Positions 8,335 through 17,051 of a stretch of 21,341 nucleotides of DNA are shown here, piece after piece; position 1 is the first letter of the stretch, and every line of letters begins with the position of its first letter. Under the pieces are notes generated by a model, which was given only the letters and a program-made list of their open reading frames with translations, had not been told where the DNA came from and did no database searches. Source of the stretch: Andalucia godoyi And28 (Eukaryota > Protista > Jakobida); assembly GCA_009859145.1 (NCBI GenBank), contig VRVR01000042.1:151445-172785 (forward strand), written 5' to 3'. The position numbers were made by a program, and so were the translations under genes.

Positions 8335-10587
8335 TTACACCCACAGACGAACGCGGCCATCTGCACCTGCTGAGAAAAGCCACGGCTGATGCGGATGGAA
8401 CTGGACATCAAGGACTCCTCTATGTTCGTGGCGTTCATGCGCCTTTGCAATAAGCTTGAGCGGCACAATCGTTGGTGGAGTGACAAGGTCATCGTGCACG
8501 GATCCATGGAAAACTCCCATTGCAGCATCGTCTGCACCTGTTGCGAACAACGGGTATTTTTGAGAAAACGCGACGGTGCCGACAGCCTTTGTATGATGCC
8601 GAAGGACACGAACTGGAGCGGACGGCGCATCCAGGTCGATCCAAATGACTCGTCTGTCAGTGGTACCAATGATGAGATGGTCTCCGGTCTGGGAATGAAT
8701 TGCCATGGAAGAGATCCCCATGACGTGCAGAGGAGAAACCTTCTTTGTGACGGACGCAGTGACGAGATCCACAATGCGCACAGAGCGGATAGAAGATATG
8801 AACAGGAACGGGCGAGTCGGATGGAAAATGACATTCTTGGGCGTCGTGGGAGCCTTGGCCATCGCGGGTTGAGAGCGCGCAGTGGACAGCTGATGCACAA
8901 TCACTGCTTGCGCACGAGGGGCAGTCGGTGAAACAGACGCAATATAGTCTCCCTTCGCATGAACACAGACATCGGTGACGCGCTGGTTGGAGGTGTGTTC
9001 AATATCGACTCTCCAATGCATGGCGTTTCTCAACTTCCTATCTTGGCCATCCTCGCCGGACAGGGCTGTGGAGCTGGCGGAGGGTGCGTCGACAACCTTC
9101 CAAATACAAATCGGCTGTTTTTTCCTCTTCTCCATTTCTTCTCCAATCTCCAAGCAACGCGGCTGAATTCGTTCGAACAGGGTGTCGGAGGCTGGTGTCC
9201 GCAAGAAGCGAGGGACAAACAATGAAATCGTGTTTCCCCAAGCAACAATGAGCATCCGCAGCTTTCCCACCGGCAACCAGTGAACTTTCCGAACTGCATA
9301 ATAGGCATTGTCCAGTTCCTTGTCATCTTTTGTCCGCCCGTTTTCATCTTCCCTGCTCTGTTTCTTGAGTTCAAGCTTGAAGTTCCATGCAGCAAAGCAT
9401 CGTCCGGTGTCTGATTCATACACACGCACCCAGCCTGCAGCGTCTCCTGTCGCAATCCACTGCCCGTCCGGCGAAATAGATATGCTGGAAACAGGCGCAC
9501 CAACCAAGAATTCCAGTGCCAGACGATCTGGGAACGGTCGGAGTTCTTCAGGTGAAGGAAGAACAGGAAGCATCGTGTCCGGATTGTCCAAGTGCATACG
9601 AGTCTTTCGAACGCGTGGAGCGAGATACAAATCCAAACATCGTTCAAACCGGTCCTTGACGATTTCGTCCGAAGCAGGCAGCGATCGCATGTTCTCGTAG
9701 GAAATTCGGTCTTCCGAAAGATATTCTGGGGGCGGATGGTACGAATCCGCGTGCCCAGGAAGTGCGATTTTTGGCGCCGCATAGTATGCAGTTCTCCCCG
9801 ATGCACCCGCCAACCGTGGATGATTTGCAGCTTCCGTATCCCACACATCATAAAACATGAGTTCCTTCTCCTTTTCCTGCTTTTCACGCAACAACTCCGC
9901 TCGCGGTCTGAGCCATCCGTTGCGGATTGCACGAACCATCTGCATAACTTTTTTGTGCTCCCATTTGGAGGGCAGGAATCTGCGCTTCGGCTCCGTTCCC
10001 AGTCCTGAAATCGGGAAAATGCCACCGTCCTCGGGCTCGAACATCGCGTACGCTTCAAACTCGGGATCATACATGCCCTCTGGAGCTTTTCCTGCAGCAA
10101 GCCTCAGGATGTTAGAGATGTCGTCGTTGGACAGCGTGTATGCTTCCGGTCCATGAGTATGGTCCACAATCCTTCTCCACCATTTTGGATCATCATGTTT
10201 GTTCACAACTTGGTCCATCACAGTGCCGACTCCCTTGTTCAGCAGCGCAGTCACGCTTGGCAGTGGATCGGGCTCATTTCGGGACGATTTCGACGCCCTG
10301 TCTCCACCGACGTTTGTCGAGGCAACCGAAGACGAAGACGGACCCGACGTGGAGGACGTAGAAGCAGCCACATCTGTGGTGGCCGAGGAAGACCGCGAAC
10401 CCCGGTTAATCACATTTCCAGAACGGTCATATCCAATATGAGCGTGGTCGCGATACCAATAATCAACAGGGATGGAATCTCCAATTGTGTTCACTTGGAA
10501 CTCGTCGTCGGACGAGTCACCAGAATCATCATCCGCAGTCAACGACCGAAGCGTGGCTTTCCTACGTCGATCCCCAGTTTCCGGCAT
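8335..10587 (-). CDS. BOP1: Ribosome biogenesis protein BOP1/ERB1 (PeBoW complex), 750 aa
   Basis: BOP1NT motifs PKRRFLPSKWE, VRAIRNGW, LPGHADSYHPPPEYL, RFERCLDLYLAPR, LPSPEELRPFP; C-terminal WD40 repeats ending VLDVQFHPHQPWLFSAGADGRVRLW. ATG at 10587. Confidence 0.96.
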   Translation of the reverse strand: MPETGDRRRKATLRSLTADDDSGDSSDDEFQVNTIGDSIPVDYWYRDHAHIGYDRSGNVINRGSRSSSATTDVAASTSSTSGPSSSSVASTNVGGDRASKSSRNEPDPLPSVTALLNKGVGTVMDQVVNKHDDPKWWRRIVDHTHGPEAYTLSNDDISNILRLAAGKAPEGMYDPEFEAYAMFEPEDGGIFPISGLGTEPKRRFLPSKWEHKKVMQMVRAIRNGWLRPRAELLREKQEKEKELMFYDVWDTEAANHPRLAGASGRTAYYAAPKIALPGHADSYHPPPEYLSEDRISYENMRSLPASDEIVKDRFERCLDLYLAPRVRKTRMHLDNPDTMLPVLPSPEELRPFPDRLALEFLVGAPVSSISISPDGQWIATGDAAGWVRVYESDTGRCFAAWNFKLELKKQSREDENGRTKDDKELDNAYYAVRKVHWLPVGKLRMLIVAWGNTISLFVPRFLRTPASDTLFERIQPRCLEIGEEMEKRKKQPICIWKVVDAPSASSTALSGEDGQDRKLRNAMHWRVDIEHTSNQRVTDVCVHAKGDYIASVSPTAPRAQAVIVHQLSTARSQPAMAKAPTTPKNVIFHPTRPFLFISSIRSVRIVDLVTASVTKKVSPLHVMGISSMAIHSQTGDHLIIGTTDRRVIWIDLDAPSAPVRVLRHHTKAVGTVAFSQKYPLFATGADDAAMGVFHGSVHDDLVTPPTIVPLKLIAKAHERHEHRGVLDVQFHPHQPWLFSAGADGRVRLWV

Positions 10588-10620
10588 GCCAATCCCACGT
10601 GTCGAGCAAATCGAATCAAA

Positions 10621-10650
10621 CCAAACCAAGCCAAACCAAACCAAACCAAA
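10621..10650. repeat. (CCAAA)6 imperfect repeat in the BOP1 5' leader, (TTTGG)n in sense
   Basis: Six units, one CCAAG variant. Confidence 0.95.
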
Positions 10651-11048
10651 AAGCAACAACAACGCTAACGATAAGATGTAAAAATATTGTTTTACAATTG
10701 TAAATAACAGTGGAAAGAAAAGACAAAGGAAGACAAGAAAGAAAAGACGGAGAACGCGCTTTCTGAAGGGCGAAACTCCATTTCTCTACGACGGGTGTCG
10801 GTGAAGTGCCTCGGCCTTTTTCAAAGGATGCGCCACCGCCCACTGATCGTGCGTTGCCGATCGTGCAGAGTCTCCAAGGTCCGAGGGTTTTGGTGCATTT
10901 CCAAAAAGAAAATGAAACGATAGCTGCCAGATTCATACATTTGTGAAGCTCGTTGTACATTGTAAACATGATTCCCAGCCACATTAGAATGAGTTCCGTA
11001 TCTTCGTCTTGCTGCGTACTGTTTTATTTAAAATTATGCTCTTTAATA

Positions 11049-12215
11049 TTACGACAGTGAAGCAGAGGACGACGCGCGCAATTGCCGTTTTTGAGTAGAC
11101 GAGATCTTTGCTTCTTCTCCTGAGCCAATATCAGCTGGGGGTCTCTTAACAATTGGTGCCATAACGAGTGCCAGAGGCTGCAGCCCTCTCTTTACTCTCT
11201 CACCATTGATGATCATACCATTGTGCGCTGTTTCACTCGTCACAACCAATGCACCAAACTCGACTGTGTCCACAGACGGTCCCCAAGCATCCAGCAGCCG
11301 CACGATCTTCAGACCATCATCACCACCATCACCAACATCATCATTACCGGCTGATGCTTTTCTTGCGCTGACAATGTGCAGAAATGCCGCTGCTGCAGCC
11401 GCTCGTTCTTCCCACGGCTGCATAAACTCTCGGTACTTTTTCTTCCCGAGCAACACGTCGCCATCTGCAACTGCAAGCAGAATCCTCGACGAACTCGCAT
11501 AGGCAGCAGCAGTAAGCAGCATTGCATGGCCTGAGTGCAAGTGGTCAAACGAACCCGCAACAATGCATCCCCCGAATCCCGAGCAGAACCGCAATGCATC
11601 CTCATCCTCATCGACAGGCCGGAAGCGGTCCCCGTCCAGATACTCCAATTCCTGCTGAAGCTGTCCCTCCACACTACCACCATGCAGTTGTTGCGGAATC
11701 TCTGGAATCACATCCATTTCTCCTCGCTGTCGCTGCACTTCCTGTGGCTGCGGCGTGTGAGTTTGGTTAGAGTGCTGATGCTGACTACGCGTTGCGGCCA
11801 CGGACTGCTGCGGAAAAAGCGCGTGTTGCAGATCAATACGTTCGCGCAAGGATGCATCGTAGGCCCGAACTTGGGCCACAAGATCTCGAAAATCCACAAC
11901 GGTCGTGCCGTCGCCTGCGGACGGGTGCACCAGCTTAGCGTGCCGTTCGAGGGCCGGGACATCGAGGTCGTTATTTGCGACAGACGGCAGCGTCAAGATG
12001 AGGCACACATCGGGTCGGATGGCATGGGCCAGGCGGTAGTACTCGGCCCAGGCATCCAAGTGCGTCTGCGTCTTCTGGCCTTGCATGAACACTACAACTG
12101 CCGCACCCACACCCACTACAGACTGCCGAGTCAGCAAATGGAACAAACACACTCGGAATTCATCATGCTGCGCCCCATTCGTCGGAACACTAGCACCTGT
12201 CACCACAACCAACAT
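11049..12215 (-). CDS. PPAT: Phosphopantetheine adenylyltransferase, eukaryotic Cab4/COASY-type without DPCK domain, 388 aa
   Basis: GSFDHLHSGH (HxGH at 11526-11543), KKKY..MQPWEER, IVRLLDAWGP, LVVTSET, NGERVKRGLQPL, KISSTQKR. Start set at MLVVVTG (ATG 12215) after a purine-rich leader; the start is uncertain. Confidence 0.88.
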   Translation of the reverse strand: MLVVVTGASVPTNGAQHDEFRVCLFHLLTRQSVVGVGAAVVVFMQGQKTQTHLDAWAEYYRLAHAIRPDVCLILTLPSVANNDLDVPALERHAKLVHPSAGDGTTVVDFRDLVAQVRAYDASLRERIDLQHALFPQQSVAATRSQHQHSNQTHTPQPQEVQRQRGEMDVIPEIPQQLHGGSVEGQLQQELEYLDGDRFRPVDEDEDALRFCSGFGGCIVAGSFDHLHSGHAMLLTAAAYASSSRILLAVADGDVLLGKKKYREFMQPWEERAAAAAAFLHIVSARKASAGNDDVGDGGDDGLKIVRLLDAWGPSVDTVEFGALVVTSETAHNGMIINGERVKRGLQPLALVMAPIVKRPPADIGSGEEAKISSTQKRQLRASSSASLS

Positions 12216-12639
12216 CCTCCCTCTTCTCCCACCTCTGTCTGTCTCCCGGCTGGCCCTCTGTGTCTGTCTTTGTGCTCTCTGCGTCTCTTTCTGGCTCTCT
12301 TTTGCAGCGCAAATCACGGCTCTGTGTGATGTAGCTTCAAGTGATGCAAGCATCCCCCTGCAGTAAAATGGAAGTGTGGATGCCGAAACATGCAATTCCA
12401 AACGTGCAACGTCCTTGCTTCCCTTTTCAGTACGGACGTGCACGAAGGAAAGGCTCGTCATCCTTCAAATGCTTAGAAGAAAGCCACCTCCCATACTCCT
12501 CCATTGGATTGCACTCGATACTCGACGCTCGACTCCGTTAGCGAACAGGTACCACGACAGCACAAGCGATATAAGAAAGGGGTAGGAAACCGTATATCTT
12601 TCATTTAATATTTAAGTAGAGGTTTTTTTCGCGTTGAGA

Positions 12640-13360
12640 ATGGCGGATGCAAGCGAAGAAATGAAGCGCGAGCTGGAAGCTAAGCGTCGCAAGCTCGAGG
12701 AAATGCGCCGTCAAAAAGCAGCCCGATCGTCTGCCGCGGCCGCAAGCGGGGCGGCAACGACGGGCTCCGGTCCCACTAGCTCCACTTCTTCATCTCCGCT
12801 CGCATCATCATCATCATCCTCGTTGTCGTCGCCGTCCCCTTCTTCGTCTTCGGTACTCCTTCCACCATCATCCTCCTCCTCCGTAGGAGCATCAAGTGTG
12901 GGGGGAGGGAAGACGTTTGTGGACGCGAGTGTGCTGACAGATGCTTCGTCGTCGCTGGGACGAGAAGGGTCGTTGGTGCTGGTGACGTACGACCAAGGAG
13001 TGCAAGCTGTTGGCGAGGACAGTGCCGCGCTGCTGACCATCTCGCAACATCAATTGCTAGAGCATGAGATGGAGAACATGAAGGAGCGGCTTGACGAGAA
13101 CGAGTTGAAGGGACGACAGGAGCGAACGGAGCCAAAGGAACAGCACGTAGACAAGGAGGGCGGTGCCGAAGTGGAAGGGTCCGGGTGGATCGAACTGAGC
13201 GAGGACGCGCGAACCGAGGTGGAAGCGACGGATGCGTATCGCACGTTTGTGTCCCGTGCAGCGCGTCTCTTGGACCGCGTTCTTACAAAGGACGAGCTTG
13301 ATCCATTTGCCTCGCTTTTCCCATCTTTGGGACTGTCTGCATCCACCTCACCAGCTTCAT

Positions 13361-13391
<31 letters not shown>

Positions 13392-15315
13392 AGCAGCGAC
13401 AAAGGAGGGAGCTGCGTCGGCAGGGCTGTTGACGTCCGCATTGGTTCTCTCTGCGAGTGGCAGTGGACTGCAAAAGACGGCCGTCGAGCCTCTGACACTG
13501 CTTGCAAAGTTCGCGCTCGTCGAAGTACCGGACCCTGTTTGTGCGCTTTCGCTCTCTCCTCTTTCGGCCGACCGCATCCTTGCTGTCCATGCTCCGTCAA
13601 CGTCGCCCTCTAGTTTGAATGTCGTGCTCGTCGATGATGTATCATCCAATCCTTCCAGCTCCACTCTCCCCGCTTCAATACCGTCATCATCATCATCGTC
13701 GTCGTTGACTTCTTCTTCGTCCATCGCAGCCTCGAGCTCAGCAGGAATTTCATCATCATCATCATCGTCGTCGTCGTCATCATCATCATCATCATCATCA
13801 TCATCAGCGTCGTCGTCGTCGTCTTCTTCTTCTGCAACGTCCACGACGATCTCTGCATCGCTGGCGAGTGGAAGTGCAGGATCGACGTTGGTTGCATGGT
13901 CCCTGCTTGCGTCCGTGCCCGATTCTGTGCAGTCGCTTCCGCATGCAGTGTCGTCTCTGCTTGCCCTTCCGATCGCCCTTCCGTCTTCGTATTCGTCTCT
14001 ACCATCGTCGATGGGCGGTGTCGACTCGGGCGTTGTGGTCGCCGGAACGCATGCAGGCTGCATCTGTGTTGTTCTGGGCCCTGCAATGGCTCCTGTTGTC
14101 TCTGCACAGGCACACATGCGACATGTTGTTGCCATCTTACAGGATCCTGCTGCTCCCGTGAGCGCATCGATTGCTCGAGACGGGTCGGGTAGAGAAGAGA
14201 TCAACTTTGGAGTTCTTTCGATCGGTGCTGATGGACTTGTTGCAGCATGGCGCATCTCGCTTCACATCACCTCTTCTTTGGCAGCAGCAGCAGCAGCAGC
14301 AAAGGCAGGACAAGGATCAGTGTCGGTGGTAACGCTGGGGACGGATTCGCCCGTATCTACATTCCGTATTGATGCATCCTCATCGTCGCTATCGTCCTTA
14401 TCATCCTTGTCGCTATCAGCAGGCGGTGGTGCTGTGGTTCCCGAGACGGGGATCGTAGTGATTCCGTCGGCAGCGGCCGGCGGATGGGCTGCAGAAGGTA
14501 CGCGTCGCGGGGAGTGGATGTGCGTGGGGACGGAAGACGGGATGCTGTGGACCGTCCCTCTTTCTTCGTCGTCGATCAGTGTCGGGGCTGGTGTTTCTGC
14601 GTCCTCAGTGTCGACAACCAGCATTCTGTCGTCTGCCTCTTCTTCTGTTGGTGCAGTTGGAGCATCGTCATCTGGCGCAGGCCCGGTGTCTGCTTCATCC
14701 GTTGTGATGGGGATGACTGGGGTCGCTTCCTCTTGTGTTGTGGCCGCGTCTGTGGTGACGTCTGTGAGTGTCCATCCACGAGTGCGTGGTCTTGTAGCGT
14801 CGTGTGCACTTGATGGGACGGTTCGCATCTCGCGAGTGCATCCCTCTTCTTCTTCATCGTCGTCTTCATCATCGTCCTCATCGTCCTCATCGGCAACTGC
14901 CTCCGTAATACCAACAGGTGGTGTGGATGCGACGAGCGTGGTTGCAGTGCTCGAGTGGTCTCGAGATGCTGTCATGGATCTTGCCTGGTGTCCTGTGGCG
15001 CTCGGGGATCGTGAGGGAGATGGACTGCTGTGCGTGGTAGATGCACAAGGCCGACTGGGCGTACTGTACGTCTATCCACTGGTTGCAGCAGACGGAGCAG
15101 CCTCGATGAGTGCCTGGGGTGTGAGAAGGAGTGGGGCTCCCACGTATGCCGTTCGAGTCGTTGTCAGAATCGAGGCGCCGGAGCATCGAGGCATCAACAG
15201 GGTCCGATGGTCCGCGGACGGAAAAAGAATCGTGGCAGGAGATGCGGCAGGACGGGTGCTTGCGTGGGCAGTCGATCTCGTCGCCCTTGCGGCGCTTGCA
15301 GTGCCTCTTTCGTAG
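12640..15315 (+). CDS. DYNC1I: Cytoplasmic dynein 1 intermediate chain, divergent, with Ser-rich insertions, 891 aa
   Basis: N-terminal coiled coil KRELEAKRRKLEEMRRQK; light-chain-type site VTYDQGVQ (12985-13008); helix ELSEDARTEVEATDAYRTFVSRAARLLDRVL (13186-13284); WD blades VVAGTHAG, AHMRHV, SIGADG, VGTEDG, VMDLAWCP, VVDAQGRL, INRVRWSADGKRIVAGDAAGRV, in the same order as animal IC. The track start at 12634 is TTG. Confidence 0.85.
13750..13833 (+). repeat. (TCN)n coding repeat giving Ser19-Ala-Ser8 in the dynein IC
   Basis: TCA/TCG/TCT codon run, in frame. Confidence 0.95.
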
Positions 15316-15482
15316 AGACCCGGGGCTCCATCCGCTTTGGATCGCCTCTTTTGTTGTTGTTGTTTGAATCTTGCTTGGCGGTTCACTGGGGCTTTTTTAT
15401 TGGCTGTAAAAAGCATCGGATGTTCGAGTTAGCATATTGTTCGTGCTTGTGCCGTTCAGGCAGTCACGTCGCATGTCCTGCA

Positions 15483-15829
15483 TTGGGGAGCTCGTATCTT
15501 GCGCCTACATTATACACTGAACATGCATGTCTATTCGTAGATATGCATATTCAGTCTTGCATCCCGTTGCCGGGAACAGGATAGGCCCCCAACACACCTC
15601 ACGGCGTTCTTCAGATAGATGTTCCGCGCTCCGTTCCCAATCTCGATCAATCGGTGAGCCACTTTCTCAGCGTGACACGTCGTTCCTGAGAAGGGTGCAT
15701 TTTGATTCCGACGGCCCTAGCAGCAGGCGTAGTGACACGCGGTCTCTTAGAAGGTCTGCGGGACCTAGGAGGCCCTGCATCGGGCGGCGTAGGCGTAGGC
15801 GAATGCGTCATCCCAGCGCACTCACGCCC
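15483..15829. ncRNA. Candidate structured non-coding RNA or element of unknown class
   Basis: Five hairpins read by eye, including a 17-bp stem with a TTCG loop (15516-15555), in a region with no credible ORF. No diagnostic motif of a known RNA family was confirmed. Confidence 0.3.
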
Positions 15830-16231
15830 ATATTTGAATTAATAAAGTGAAACCAACAAATGATAGAATAGATGGCTACGGATGCTGCGTTAAATCGTGT
15901 CGAAAATGCGGAGCCTGTGTCACCGGCTGAATTTTGGCCGAGCGTGCGTAAGCACGAATGCCTGTGAAGCAAACGTGCTAGTGTTGGCCAGTGTCGGCCG
16001 TGTGTCTGTTTATGGATACTCCCCCGTATGCATGATAATGATGTGTTATCATTCAACGGCTCGAGAAGAAAACATGTGGACGACCACACACCGCATCGAT
16101 CGGGCGGGAGGTCCAGCAGAACCCAGACGCAAGCAAAGCCTTTTTCCAAGATGATACCAGCAGAATTTGTCCGCCGGAAGAAACGGCAAGTCGGGGGGGG
16201 AGCAGCTGGTGTGAGCAGAAGCTGAAAGGCC

Positions 16232-16268
16232 AATGTTGTAGCACGGAAGCAAATGTTGTAGCACGGAA
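16232..16268. repeat. 17-bp direct repeat AATGTTGTAGCACGGAA, two copies, period 20
   Basis: Copies at 16232-16248 and 16252-16268. Confidence 0.95.
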
Positions 16269-17051
16269 AAGTCAGCCTTGACGCATGCGGGGCCTCGATC
16301 CACGAAAACGTCGTGGACCCGGCTGTCGTTGGCGCTACACTGGAAAGAAAACATGTTGGTGATCGAGGAGGAAATCCGGATTGCGGAGTAGATGCAGATT
16401 GCCGTTACACATCGTCGGAGTATGATCAGACACCCCAAAGATCTTGTTGGGACCGTCGCCAAATGGGAACAGTGGACATCAGATTCGGGCTGCGATGCCC
16501 TGCACCGCCGTTTCAAACGAATACATGCAAGCAGATCGGGGAACGCCCCTATTCAAATACGCGCTGATCCGTCGGACGATTTTTCCGTATTGTCTGCTGC
16601 TACCATCAGTTACCGTTGCAGTTCTTCTTTGATTCTGCACCTCCGATGCAGGCAATCCCGTAGCAACCATCAGGTTTCGAGCACTTGCTGATCGATGACG
16701 TGAGGCACGCAAGCGTCCGTGCGGAGCCTAGAACTTCGAAGCACGACTGCTGCGACGCACCTTGCTCTTGTTCACAGAGATCCAGAGCAAGCCTTAGCAA
16801 AATGCGATCCGCCGAAAACAATGCGAACCCTTTTTTCACGCTCTGGGAAGGTTTCTTCCCACCGCGTGCAAACAGCAACCTTGTTAAACTATTCTCGCCT
16901 TTTCTCTCTTTCGTTCTTCTTCTTCTTCTTCTTCTTTTTTTTTCTTCCTTTTCCCCTTCTCTCCTTCCTGTCTTTTTCTCAAGAATCCTTGTCCACTCTC
17001 AACAAGCCTCAGTTGCGTAGTCACCTGACAATCCAGCACCACCAACCAACC

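Noticed and set aside
9030-10100. 356-aa same-strand alternative frame inside BOP1
   Set aside because: Starts at TTG, has out-of-frame Arg/Cys/Ser composition and no recognisable motif.
13050-14975. Two long poly-Asp - strand ORFs
   Set aside because: Reverse complements of the TCN serine runs of the dynein IC.
15611-15625. - strand GAACATCTA-T-CTGA as a C/D snoRNA guide to 18S UAGAUGUUC
   Set aside because: Only 9 nt of complementarity, no credible box C at a suitable distance, and no methylation site known to me there.
15625-15730. SRP helix-8-like fragments (GAACGGAGC on -, AGCAGG on +)
   Set aside because: The paired CAGG/AGCAG internal loop and Alu UGUNR motif are not found in the right arrangement.
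7991-15768. Shared GGTCTGCGG..CCTAGG at 7991 and 15753
   Set aside because: A 9-mer match between two sites is expected many times by chance in 21 kb.
15749-16130. RNase P CR-I-like AGAAGGTCTGCG with possible CR-V GCAGAACCCAGACGC
   Set aside because: First G of CR-I is missing, CR-V fails three consensus positions, P4 pairing is broken, and an AT island lies between them.
15872-16225. Selenoprotein via the in-frame TGA at 15965
   Set aside because: No CxxU-type context, no SECIS recognised, and the downstream translation is not protein-like.
16719-17051. N-terminal extension of the first Myb ORF; similar extensions of RPL26, BOP1, XPG and PPAT
   Set aside because: Mostly non-ATG starts or translated low-complexity leaders, outside the family N-termini.
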